This document shows positions 27,698-36,090 of a stretch of DNA of 51,836 nt, one piece after another. Source of the DNA: Barthelona sp. PAP020. Its lineage: Eukaryota. The DNA lies in contig JARQWU010000042.1 in the NCBI GenBank assembly GCA_040182905.1, forward strand, positions 1-51,836, in the 5' to 3' direction. Each line of letters opens with the position of its first letter. Within the stretch, counting starts at the first letter, position 1. The notes under the pieces were generated by a model that saw only the letters and a list, made by a program, of their open reading frames with translations, searched no databases and had not been told where the DNA came from. The position numbers and the translations under genes are program-made.

Positions 27698-29896
27698 ATG
27701 TCAGAATTGCATATTATTTCACAAAAATTAATCAATGATCAACATTTAGATGATATAACCAAATCATTGAGTAATGCAGAAAGAGAGAGGTCTGAGTTTT
27801 CTAGATGGATGGGAGATGATAGTATTAATGTGATAGCCACTGAAAGTAATACTATTTTTCAACACACTGCGAACAATAATCGAAATTTAGAAAAATTGAA
27901 TCAACGTCGAACCGCTGCACAGAGATTATTGAGAAGTTTTCGTTCACATAATATTGATGAATTTTGGGCTTATAGTCAGAATATTAATTTGGATGAAGAA
28001 TATTTAGGCAAATTGACTCGAGGGATTAGTGAATTAGCGATTCGTTATGAAGTTGAAATTAATGAAGAAACAGATGGAGAATGGATTGATTTGATTGAAA
28101 ATGTAAAAAAAGATATTGAAAAGAAATCGAAGTCAATTGTAGTTAAATTGATTAGTGCTTTATCGAGGAAGTTTCCTGAATTATCACCAATTGAAGTGAA
28201 AAAAGGATTTAATGATCCTTATATTATAACAGATAATACTGAGTTACATCAGTATTTGAATTCGTTAACAGAATTATTCAATGAAATTGCTAGAATTGTA
28301 CCCCGAGATATTAATGTCAATTTAAAGAATTTATATATTAAAGAAGTTAACAATAAGTATAAAGAATGTTTTTCGCGTTTATTGAATGATTTGCGGAGTA
28401 AATTGGTTCTGCCCAATGATCCTTCATTTGGATCGAATGATGTTGAACAAATTGCTAACATTATGAATAAGATTGGAGCACGAATGAAAGACTTCACCAA
28501 CATGAAGTGGGAAGAAGTTAAAGTGCATGAATTAGATTTGATATTGATAAACAGAAAAATTAATAAGAGCAATGAAATGATGTCATCTGGTGATGTTAAT
28601 TTCCGAATTGCTTTATATGAGTTTGTTAGACATTGTCTAGTCGAATATTTTTTTTTAATTGATTGTAAAATATTGGTTCCTTCCTTATTAGAAGTAGATG
28701 AATTGAAAAACCAACTAAAAAATATTAAAATACCGGAAAGAGAAAATAATATGAGTGAAAAGCAATGGTTCAGAATCATTGATCAATTTGAAAAAAAAGA
28801 AAATGAAATGCACAAAGCTTTAAAAGCCGCTAAAGATAAAGTTATTGAGAACGTTTCAATTCTATTGAAAAAAGTCCTGAATGACTCGTTGAAAATCATT
28901 TCTGCTTTAATCTTAGACATTGGTAGACAAGATCCTTTTAATTATTTAAATGGTTATTTGGATTGTTGTGGACTAATTAAACATTTGAAGAGTGTTGAAA
29001 ATGGTTATGGATTTGATATCATTTACGAATTTTTGGAGAATTTGAAGAACACTTGTTTTGATCAATTTTCCTTGTTTATACAAGACCAAATGACTTTTGA
29101 AGCATATGAAAATTCTAAAAATAGAAGAAAAGGAACTTTGGGAATTTTAGAACCTGTAGAGCATTATATTCCTTTTTTAGGAAGGGTTGTTGCTTGTTTA
29201 ACTCGTAGTATATTAGTTTATGAATTAAATGCAGATAGTTTAGTTGTCAAGGAAATTACAAAGTGTTGTGAAGAAAAAGCTATTAATCTGTTGCCATTTA
29301 CCATTTATCCTTGGTTAGAACGTTATATTAATGATACTACTGAATCTGAACGATACAAACATATGTGCAAATATTTGAATTATTTTTACATATACATTAA
29401 CATGAGCAGTTATTCTAAAAATCTTCCCTTACATGACTTTTTGACAGAAAATTCAAGTTTTGTTAGAGATAGTTTAAAAAGAGCAAATAATTATTTAGAT
29501 AGTTATTCTCAAGATCTTTTACAAAAAAATTTTGGTGAAGTTTTTGAATTTGTTGAAAATTTAGAGTTTTTAAGAAGTCAATTGACCTCAGAAGAAATTA
29601 AATGTATACCTGGATTTTCAAACAATGATTTTTGTCAGTTTTTAAAAAAGTATGGAAACAATGTTGAAAACGGTATCTATGAATTGAAAAAAAAAATCAG
29701 TAAGCATACTAGTGGTGTGGATAATGAAAGAATAATAAATAAGATTTATGATAAAGTTTATCAGAGGTTGATCAATGTTCTGCATAATTTAAATACTCAT
29801 GGACAAATTTGTTACCCCAAAGTCAAAGTTGTTCCTCCTGTTAGTGATATTGAAGAAATGGGAAATAAAGTATTTATGTTGAAAAAGAATTATTAA
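27698..29896 (+). CDS. SEC3: Exocyst subunit Sec3/EXOC1 homologue (coiled-coil plus Sec3 C-terminal helical rod)
   Basis: The C-terminus follows the Sec3_C pattern: LNYFYIY...YLDSY...FGEVFEFVENLE.L....TSEEI....FS...F...LKKY...V...I.EL.KKI.KH...CYP. The N-terminal coiled coil contains I..I.TESN..F..TAN. Vps52 has a related fold and is the main alternative. Confidence 0.7.
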   Translation: MSELHIISQKLINDQHLDDITKSLSNAERERSEFSRWMGDDSINVIATESNTIFQHTANNNRNLEKLNQRRTAAQRLLRSFRSHNIDEFWAYSQNINLDEEYLGKLTRGISELAIRYEVEINEETDGEWIDLIENVKKDIEKKSKSIVVKLISALSRKFPELSPIEVKKGFNDPYIITDNTELHQYLNSLTELFNEIARIVPRDINVNLKNLYIKEVNNKYKECFSRLLNDLRSKLVLPNDPSFGSNDVEQIANIMNKIGARMKDFTNMKWEEVKVHELDLILINRKINKSNEMMSSGDVNFRIALYEFVRHCLVEYFFLIDCKILVPSLLEVDELKNQLKNIKIPERENNMSEKQWFRIIDQFEKKENEMHKALKAAKDKVIENVSILLKKVLNDSLKIISALILDIGRQDPFNYLNGYLDCCGLIKHLKSVENGYGFDIIYEFLENLKNTCFDQFSLFIQDQMTFEAYENSKNRRKGTLGILEPVEHYIPFLGRVVACLTRSILVYELNADSLVVKEITKCCEEKAINLLPFTIYPWLERYINDTTESERYKHMCKYLNYFYIYINMSSYSKNLPLHDFLTENSSFVRDSLKRANNYLDSYSQDLLQKNFGEVFEFVENLEFLRSQLTSEEIKCIPGFSNNDFCQFLKKYGNNVENGIYELKKKISKHTSGVDNERIINKIYDKVYQRLINVLHNLNTHGQICYPKVKVVPPVSDIEEMGNKVFMLKKNY

Positions 29897-29972
29897 TTAT
29901 GACCATTTCTTTCATTTTTTCATTCTCATAAAGTAAATATAAAATATTTTTTTATTCGCAAAATCAATTTTC

Positions 29973-30147
29973 AAGGGGAATCTTTCAAAAAGACCAGTAA
30001 CCCTATCGTATTTCAGGGATCATTTTTATCTCTCTTGTGAATCTCAAAGTTTCACTGAATATGATTTTTTCTTTATTCGTTTTCTTTGAAAACGAACAGG
30101 GTTGATCTATTAGTCTAAAATTGTGAAAGTTGAAACCGATTCCTTTT
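29973..30147 (+). ncRNA. Candidate structured non-coding RNA (identity unresolved: telomerase-RNA-like or U3-like)
   Basis: Nested stems: 29973-29988/30130-30147, 29991-29994/30113-30116, 29998-30004/30098-30104, 30005-30016/30055-30065, and a perfect 9-bp hairpin 30076-30096. A T-run follows. Most G-U pairs favour the + strand. Contains TAACCCTA and TTTCAGGGATCATTT. Confidence 0.45.
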
Positions 30148-30296
30148 TTTTTTCTATTTTTTTTTCAGTGTGGTTTTTTATTTGCACAATGTAATTTAAT
30201 TCACTACAATAATAAAAATTTGAAAGATTTAAAAAGAAGACTTGGAATATAATAAAAGATTTGTTTTTTATTATTTTTCTTTATTGTTGAATCTCA

Positions 30297-33200
30297 ATGA
30301 TGAGATGGATTGATTTCGATTTTGATGGAGACCTTTTGGTTGTTTCTTTGCTCAAATTAATTTTGTTTGTGGCACTTTTTGCTATGGGAACTGTTATCAC
30401 TTTATTAAGTCTACCAATTTTTATCATCGCATTAATATTGGATATTGATAAAGATTGGGTACCTATTAAATTTGTTGAAACATTAAAACTTATTTTTATG
30501 AACTTGGTTTTGACTTTGTGTGCTGTTGTGATGGCGTTACCATATTTTATTTTCGTACATTTTTATGGCAGACAATTTATATGGTATGAATTAATTTTAT
30601 ATTTAACAGTCATTTCAATTCTAGCAGCGCTTCTTCATCACAGCAGAATGGATAATAAATTGCTTAGTTTATTATACACTTACTGTATTGCACCTGTGGG
30701 TGTGGTGTTGTTTCCATTTCACCTGTGTTTTTCATTACTTTATAAATTTTTGTTTTTTGACCATACCTCCAGTGTTGAAGATTATGATCAATTGTATGGT
30801 GTTGTTTCCGCAAACATTTGGGTTCCAATTCAAGGAATCTTTTGTGTCCTTTCCATTGGATTTGTTCTGTTGGGTCTTCTATTCTCCAAATGTTTTAGAT
30901 ATAGAAAACCTGTGATATTAGACAATACTATATCTAATTTTTCCAAATTTTTCGGATTATTTTGGTTGTACTTGACTGATTTGATTATTTTACCGTTTAT
31001 TATTTTGTGTTTACCATTTATTTGGAATGTATCAACTTTATTTGAAGAAATGAAAAAGAATTATGAGAATAATTCCGTCAATTTATTTCCTATTCTCATG
31101 TTTTTTAAGAGTATGTTGGATTTTATCACACTATTGATTCTTATTGTTTCAAGTCCGTGGATATTTACCAGTATTTCTTTGTGGAAATGGGTTATTTCAA
31201 GCGAATCTTTTTGGAAATTTGATATTGAATGGTATTTGATGATTGGCAAAGTGATTTTATTGATACCTGTGCAATTTTTTACTTTACCTTTCTATCTTAT
31301 ATTATTTATTACTCGAATCCTCTTTGCCCCTTTGGCAAAATATAAGTATATGATGAATATGGATCAAAGTGTTGGTGAACATTTGATTCTATTGGTATAT
31401 TCATTTATTGGTTTTATTCAGTTGCCAATTTATGTTTTTTCGTTAATTATTTGCTTTTTGATTGGAATATACAGAAAACGTATTATAATTCGGATTTTTA
31501 TTGAGACTGAATTATTTAGTCTGGAAGATAATGCAAATATGTCAACTAAAGTTTCAGTTCAAAATGAATTGAATATTAGTAAGATGGAAAATGGTGAACT
31601 AGGTAAAAATACTGTTGAAAATAGCAATGATGTTAATTTAGATAATTATTATACATTTGAATATTTATGGAAATGTTTGAAAGTTTATGAAGATGATTCA
31701 TGTTTGAAATCTTTTTATCTTTTCATCTTTTCCTTTGTTTTTATGATTCTTATGGTTGTAGATATTGTTGCTGGAATATGTTTCATATTTATTCATGCCA
31801 CACTCTTTAGAATAAAGTATTTTTGGAAGTTATATGAAGAAGAGAAAAAAGAATTTGAAAATAATTCAGACAACGATGTTGATTTTATTTTTATTTTTAC
31901 TTTACCAGCTTTTATTGGCTTTTTTGCTGCTTTATTTGGTATATTATCGTTTCCTTTTTTCCTTTTAAATTTTTTTAGTTTTAGAGTTATCAATTTTGTC
32001 AAAACATATTTTGCTTTGGAAGACCCTTGGGATAAAATGAAATACATTTATTCCAATCTTTTAATCAATATTTTGGACATATTATCTTTACCATTTATAC
32101 TTTTAACATTTATTTTCTTTGTTAGAATTCATAATTTTTTGAAAGACAAAGAAACATTAGGATTTCACAAGGCTATTTTTTTAAATGGTATTCTATCTTT
32201 CCTTGATTTACCTTTCAGCATAATGTTTTTGTTTATGGCACCAAATATTCCAAGATTAATCAAAGTTTATAAAGAAATTCAGCATCATAGACTTAATGAT
32301 GCTGAATTTAAGATGGCCACTGTAAGATATTTAATATTACGTCATTTTACTTTACAATTCATTGATATTCCTTGTTATATATTGTATATCTTTGTTTTAC
32401 CAACTTGGAGAAGAAAATATATGTGGCAAGAAATTGATGAATACAATGCAAAAATAGAACAAGAATATGGACCTTCAAATGAACCAACAGAAGTTGAAAA
32501 ATTAGAAATTGCAGAAACTGTTGGTGATATTGAATATAATTATGGTCCTGGTGTTAGTAAAACCAAAGAAACAATTTTTTCCATTAAATTTGGTTCACAA
32601 TGGCATTTAATTGTGCTGTATAATTTTTATGCATTCTTTAGAGATATTATTTTGTTTATTTTTGAAATGCTGATTCATGTCAATCCTTTAAGAGGATTTA
32701 TTTATCGAAAGGCAGTTGGTTTGGTTGGAGACACTTTAGCAGATCGTCAAAAATTAATATTAGTCAATTTTATGTTGATGTTCATTGATATTCCTGTATT
32801 ATTATGTTTAATTCTTTTAATACTTATACCTTGGAGATGGAAAATTGTTTTTAATGGAGTAATGAATTCGATCACTGAAAGAAACAATGAGTTTTATCAA
32901 ATCATTACCAAAAATACTGCATTGGGTTTGGTTGATTGGATTCATGTACCATTTGCAATATTAAGTTTGTGGAGATTACCAATAACCCTTAAAAATATGT
33001 TTACTTCAAAAAATGAGGTGGATATTACTGCAACAGATAGGTATGTCATGGTGTGGAAATCTTTATTCTACAGTTTTTTGGATATTCCGTGTTTCTTTTT
33101 AAGTTTAGTCTTATTTATTTCATTGATTAGAATTTATCCTTTTGTTAAAAGTTTAAAAACCTATCGCAAAGGACGTTCTGAACATGCTATTGTATTAAGA

Positions 33201-35006
33201 GAATTTATTAGTTTAATTACTGATCTTCCATTTGTTTTGATTGGTTTGTTAAGTTTCCTTTCACCTATTAGATGGAAAAACACTTTTTATTTGATATTTT
33301 TTGGGTATCAACAAAGTTGTGAAGAAGGGCCACAAACTGAATCTGAATGGCCAAGAAGAGTTTTCTTGCTAATGTCTGTTGTTTATGTGACGTTTGACAT
33401 TGTTACCATCATTTTGATTTTCCTACAAAGCTTTTCAATTCGTTTCTTTAGTATTTGGAATTTTATTTTTAATTATGGTAAGTATAACAATCGAAATAAT
33501 GAAAACGGTTCTGTTGACAATGAAGAAAATGTCCAATCTGTTGTTAATGAATCATCAGTGAGTGATCATGTTGAAATTTATGAGGTTCCTACATTTGATA
33601 ATGAAAATTTGAATTTTGAAAAACCAGGTAATTTTGATGTAAAACCTTGGTTGGAAGTAACATTTTTTGAATTATTATCGTTTAATTATGGTGTTCTTTT
33701 GTGTTTTGTTGATCTGTTGATTGATATACTTTTAATTTTTGAAATGATGTTTATTTGTGTTTTCTTTATCAAGATTAAGGATTTGTTTTCTTTGATTTCC
33801 ACCACAAATGGTCTATTTGAGTACATATCAACTCCATTAATTATTAATGATAAGAATGGTTTAACAAGTGAATTTGCTTCAAAAGTTCATGAATACCTGG
33901 CAGAAACAATCATTTTTATTCCACATTTGATATTTATACCGATTAAAATTCTTGGATTTATCTGTTATTTGTTTGCATTGTTAGAAAAGAAAATCTACAC
34001 TGTTTTAGGATTCAGACAATATATTTATGTTGAATATCCTGATGTTGTTAAGAGAACTGAAAATAAACAAGGGGAAGAAGAATCAAGTTATAATGAAAGA
34101 AAAATTCACAAATTTTTTGGTGAACCACAAGCTGCACCATATTGGAGAAAATTTTTAACAACTATTGCAGATAGTGATGAAATCAGTTTTTTCACCATAC
34201 ATTATGCGTTTATTTATTACATTCCTTTGGTTTTAACTAATATCTTGTGTATAATACATTATTTTATCAGAATGTTATTCTTTACAATGTATTTAATTTT
34301 GACATTTGGTAGTTATTTCTGGTATAAAGAACCAATTGATTTGAAACATAATGTCATCAATTTTTTTGGTTTAATGGTTGTAAACGTTTATTTTATGATG
34401 TTGAATATTCTTGGATTAATTGTTATTTTAATTCCTTTTGTTGGAACAGCTATTTTTGTTGAAGGTGTTTTCAAATGGATTTTTGAAGTTATTTATCTTT
34501 GTTTAATGATATTTGGAATGGATATTATTCAACTTTTCTTTGATTTTAAAGCATTTGCTTGTCCTTTAATTAATTTTATGAGTTGTTTCACTTATTTTTG
34601 GGAAACAATAGTGTATTTGTTTTTGTTGGTTTTATGGATTCTTTGTATGCCTTTGGTTTTTGTTTTCCATACTCTACATGGTGGAATTATGGCATTTTTA
34701 GCAAGTGCTTTTAGTTCAAACTTTCTAGGGCAACTTTTGATGTTTATTGTTTCGATTGGTATGTGTTATGGTTCATTTGTTGCTTCTGGTTTATTTTCAG
34801 AATTGTTTGTCATTAGAATTGCAATTACAATTATTTTCAGTGTTGCAACAATTGCTAGACATATTGCTATTATTGGAGACTTTGTTGATAACAGTGTCAG
34901 TGATGCATTTGAATATGCTTTTAAACCTTTTATTAGTGTATTTGAAAATCTTATTGAAAGTGCTGGAGAGATGTTGAATGATTTGGATGAAAATCGTTCC
35001 AAGTAA
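30297..35006 (+). CDS. Uncharacterised polytopic membrane protein (1569 aa) with internal D-[IL]-P...(P/W)R repeats
   Basis: More than 20 hydrophobic segments. Repeated units such as FLDLPFSI..PRL, FIDIPCYI..PTWRR, FIDIPVLL..PWRW, FLDIPCFF..IRI, ITDLPFVL..PIRW. Confidence 0.85.
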   Translation: MMRWIDFDFDGDLLVVSLLKLILFVALFAMGTVITLLSLPIFIIALILDIDKDWVPIKFVETLKLIFMNLVLTLCAVVMALPYFIFVHFYGRQFIWYELILYLTVISILAALLHHSRMDNKLLSLLYTYCIAPVGVVLFPFHLCFSLLYKFLFFDHTSSVEDYDQLYGVVSANIWVPIQGIFCVLSIGFVLLGLLFSKCFRYRKPVILDNTISNFSKFFGLFWLYLTDLIILPFIILCLPFIWNVSTLFEEMKKNYENNSVNLFPILMFFKSMLDFITLLILIVSSPWIFTSISLWKWVISSESFWKFDIEWYLMIGKVILLIPVQFFTLPFYLILFITRILFAPLAKYKYMMNMDQSVGEHLILLVYSFIGFIQLPIYVFSLIICFLIGIYRKRIIIRIFIETELFSLEDNANMSTKVSVQNELNISKMENGELGKNTVENSNDVNLDNYYTFEYLWKCLKVYEDDSCLKSFYLFIFSFVFMILMVVDIVAGICFIFIHATLFRIKYFWKLYEEEKKEFENNSDNDVDFIFIFTLPAFIGFFAALFGILSFPFFLLNFFSFRVINFVKTYFALEDPWDKMKYIYSNLLINILDILSLPFILLTFIFFVRIHNFLKDKETLGFHKAIFLNGILSFLDLPFSIMFLFMAPNIPRLIKVYKEIQHHRLNDAEFKMATVRYLILRHFTLQFIDIPCYILYIFVLPTWRRKYMWQEIDEYNAKIEQEYGPSNEPTEVEKLEIAETVGDIEYNYGPGVSKTKETIFSIKFGSQWHLIVLYNFYAFFRDIILFIFEMLIHVNPLRGFIYRKAVGLVGDTLADRQKLILVNFMLMFIDIPVLLCLILLILIPWRWKIVFNGVMNSITERNNEFYQIITKNTALGLVDWIHVPFAILSLWRLPITLKNMFTSKNEVDITATDRYVMVWKSLFYSFLDIPCFFLSLVLFISLIRIYPFVKSLKTYRKGRSEHAIVLREFISLITDLPFVLIGLLSFLSPIRWKNTFYLIFFGYQQSCEEGPQTESEWPRRVFLLMSVVYVTFDIVTIILIFLQSFSIRFFSIWNFIFNYGKYNNRNNENGSVDNEENVQSVVNESSVSDHVEIYEVPTFDNENLNFEKPGNFDVKPWLEVTFFELLSFNYGVLLCFVDLLIDILLIFEMMFICVFFIKIKDLFSLISTTNGLFEYISTPLIINDKNGLTSEFASKVHEYLAETIIFIPHLIFIPIKILGFICYLFALLEKKIYTVLGFRQYIYVEYPDVVKRTENKQGEEESSYNERKIHKFFGEPQAAPYWRKFLTTIADSDEISFFTIHYAFIYYIPLVLTNILCIIHYFIRMLFFTMYLILTFGSYFWYKEPIDLKHNVINFFGLMVVNVYFMMLNILGLIVILIPFVGTAIFVEGVFKWIFEVIYLCLMIFGMDIIQLFFDFKAFACPLINFMSCFTYFWETIVYLFLLVLWILCMPLVFVFHTLHGGIMAFLASAFSSNFLGQLLMFIVSIGMCYGSFVASGLFSELFVIRIAITIIFSVATIARHIAIIGDFVDNSVSDAFEYAFKPFISVFENLIESAGEMLNDLDENRSK

Positions 35007-35425
35007 AAATGTTTGTTTTATTGTTTTTTAATCACTTTGGGTTGGAATTCAAGACGATTTTTTCCTCCCCTGTGTAAACATACACTCATACATATAAAAA
35101 AAAAAAATATTGTTTCAGAACTTCAAACAAATGCAACTATTCAGAAGCATTGTTGTGTATTAGTCCACATATTTGCTAAAGTCAACTCCCATTTTAAACA
35201 GTTAGCATAACAACAAAAACTTAAACAGCAATTTATAAATTTAATGAAATATTAAATGTTGAATAACAATCAAAAGGTTTTTAACCAAATGATCAATATT
35301 TTCCCAATAATTCCTTAGTTTGATGAATAATTAAGGATATAGAGTGACAAACATTGAATTTTCTCTAAAAACGATCTTTAATACTCTGGCTAATAATTAA
35401 ATTAGAAATAAAAACTTCAGACTTT

Positions 35426-35977
35426 CTAAATAATGGGGGAAATGAAAGAGACTGCAAAATCTTGATCAAAACGCAATTTATTGGTCTTCAATGATGTGAG
35501 TGAATTCTTCTGTAAGTGCTCCAAATATTTGTCAATTTTTTTTGACTTGATATTCATTTCATTTCTGTTATACATAGAGCACTCTAAAATATCATCCACA
35601 AACTTTTGTGATTCATTAGTGATTGAAGGTTTTTTTTTTATTGTTCTCTCTTCAGGCTTTGAATATTTTGCTGCAACATGTTGTTGATGAATAAATAAAA
35701 CATTTGTTAATAATTCTGAGCCATTGTTGTTGTTTAATAAATCATTACTTTTTTGTCCAATGTCAGATTCGGCGAAAATTATTGTTTTCTCATCAAATTG
35801 CTCGGCAAAATTCTTTTTTATATTTACAGTGTCATCATTCATTTCTTTTTGAACTTCCATTTTTGAAGACATTCCAACTTCGTTTTTATGTCCATTTATG
35901 TTCTTTGCCTCATTAATCTTTTCAAGATTTCTAATGAAAATATTTGCTTCATTAATACACTCAAATATCCCATCCAT
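35426..35977 (-). CDS. Hypothetical protein (~183 aa, low complexity)
   Basis: The ORF track starts at a non-ATG codon (36064) in T-rich intergenic sequence. I place the start at ATG 35977 (MDGIFECINEAN), just after a poly-T tract; an upstream in-frame ATG (MITNKK) is the alternative. Stop TAG. Confidence 0.55.
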   Translation of the reverse strand: MDGIFECINEANIFIRNLEKINEAKNINGHKNEVGMSSKMEVQKEMNDDTVNIKKNFAEQFDEKTIIFAESDIGQKSNDLLNNNNGSELLTNVLFIHQQHVAAKYSKPEERTIKKKPSITNESQKFVDDILECSMYNRNEMNIKSKKIDKYLEHLQKNSLTSLKTNKLRFDQDFAVSFISPII

Positions 35978-36090
35978 TTCCAAAAAAAAAAGTTTTCTTT
36001 TACCACCACTTTTTTTGTTTGTTATCATCAACTTTTCACGAATTTTCAGTAACAACAAAACCAAAGGTACAAAAAAAAAAATTGTCTCTT

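Noticed and set aside
28249..28779. 176-aa antisense ORF inside Sec3
   Set aside because: Fully nested antisense with F/L/S/I-rich mirror composition and no independent support.
30040..30135. RNase P/MRP or SRP identity for the structured element
   Set aside because: The CR-I/CR-V P4 consensus (GAAAGUC...GGCU) and the SRP helix-8 GNRA/AGCAG motifs are not properly present.
35013..35210. 65-aa ORF after the polytopic membrane gene
   Set aside because: Non-ATG start, runs through an A-homopolymer, and lies in a convergent 3' spacer.
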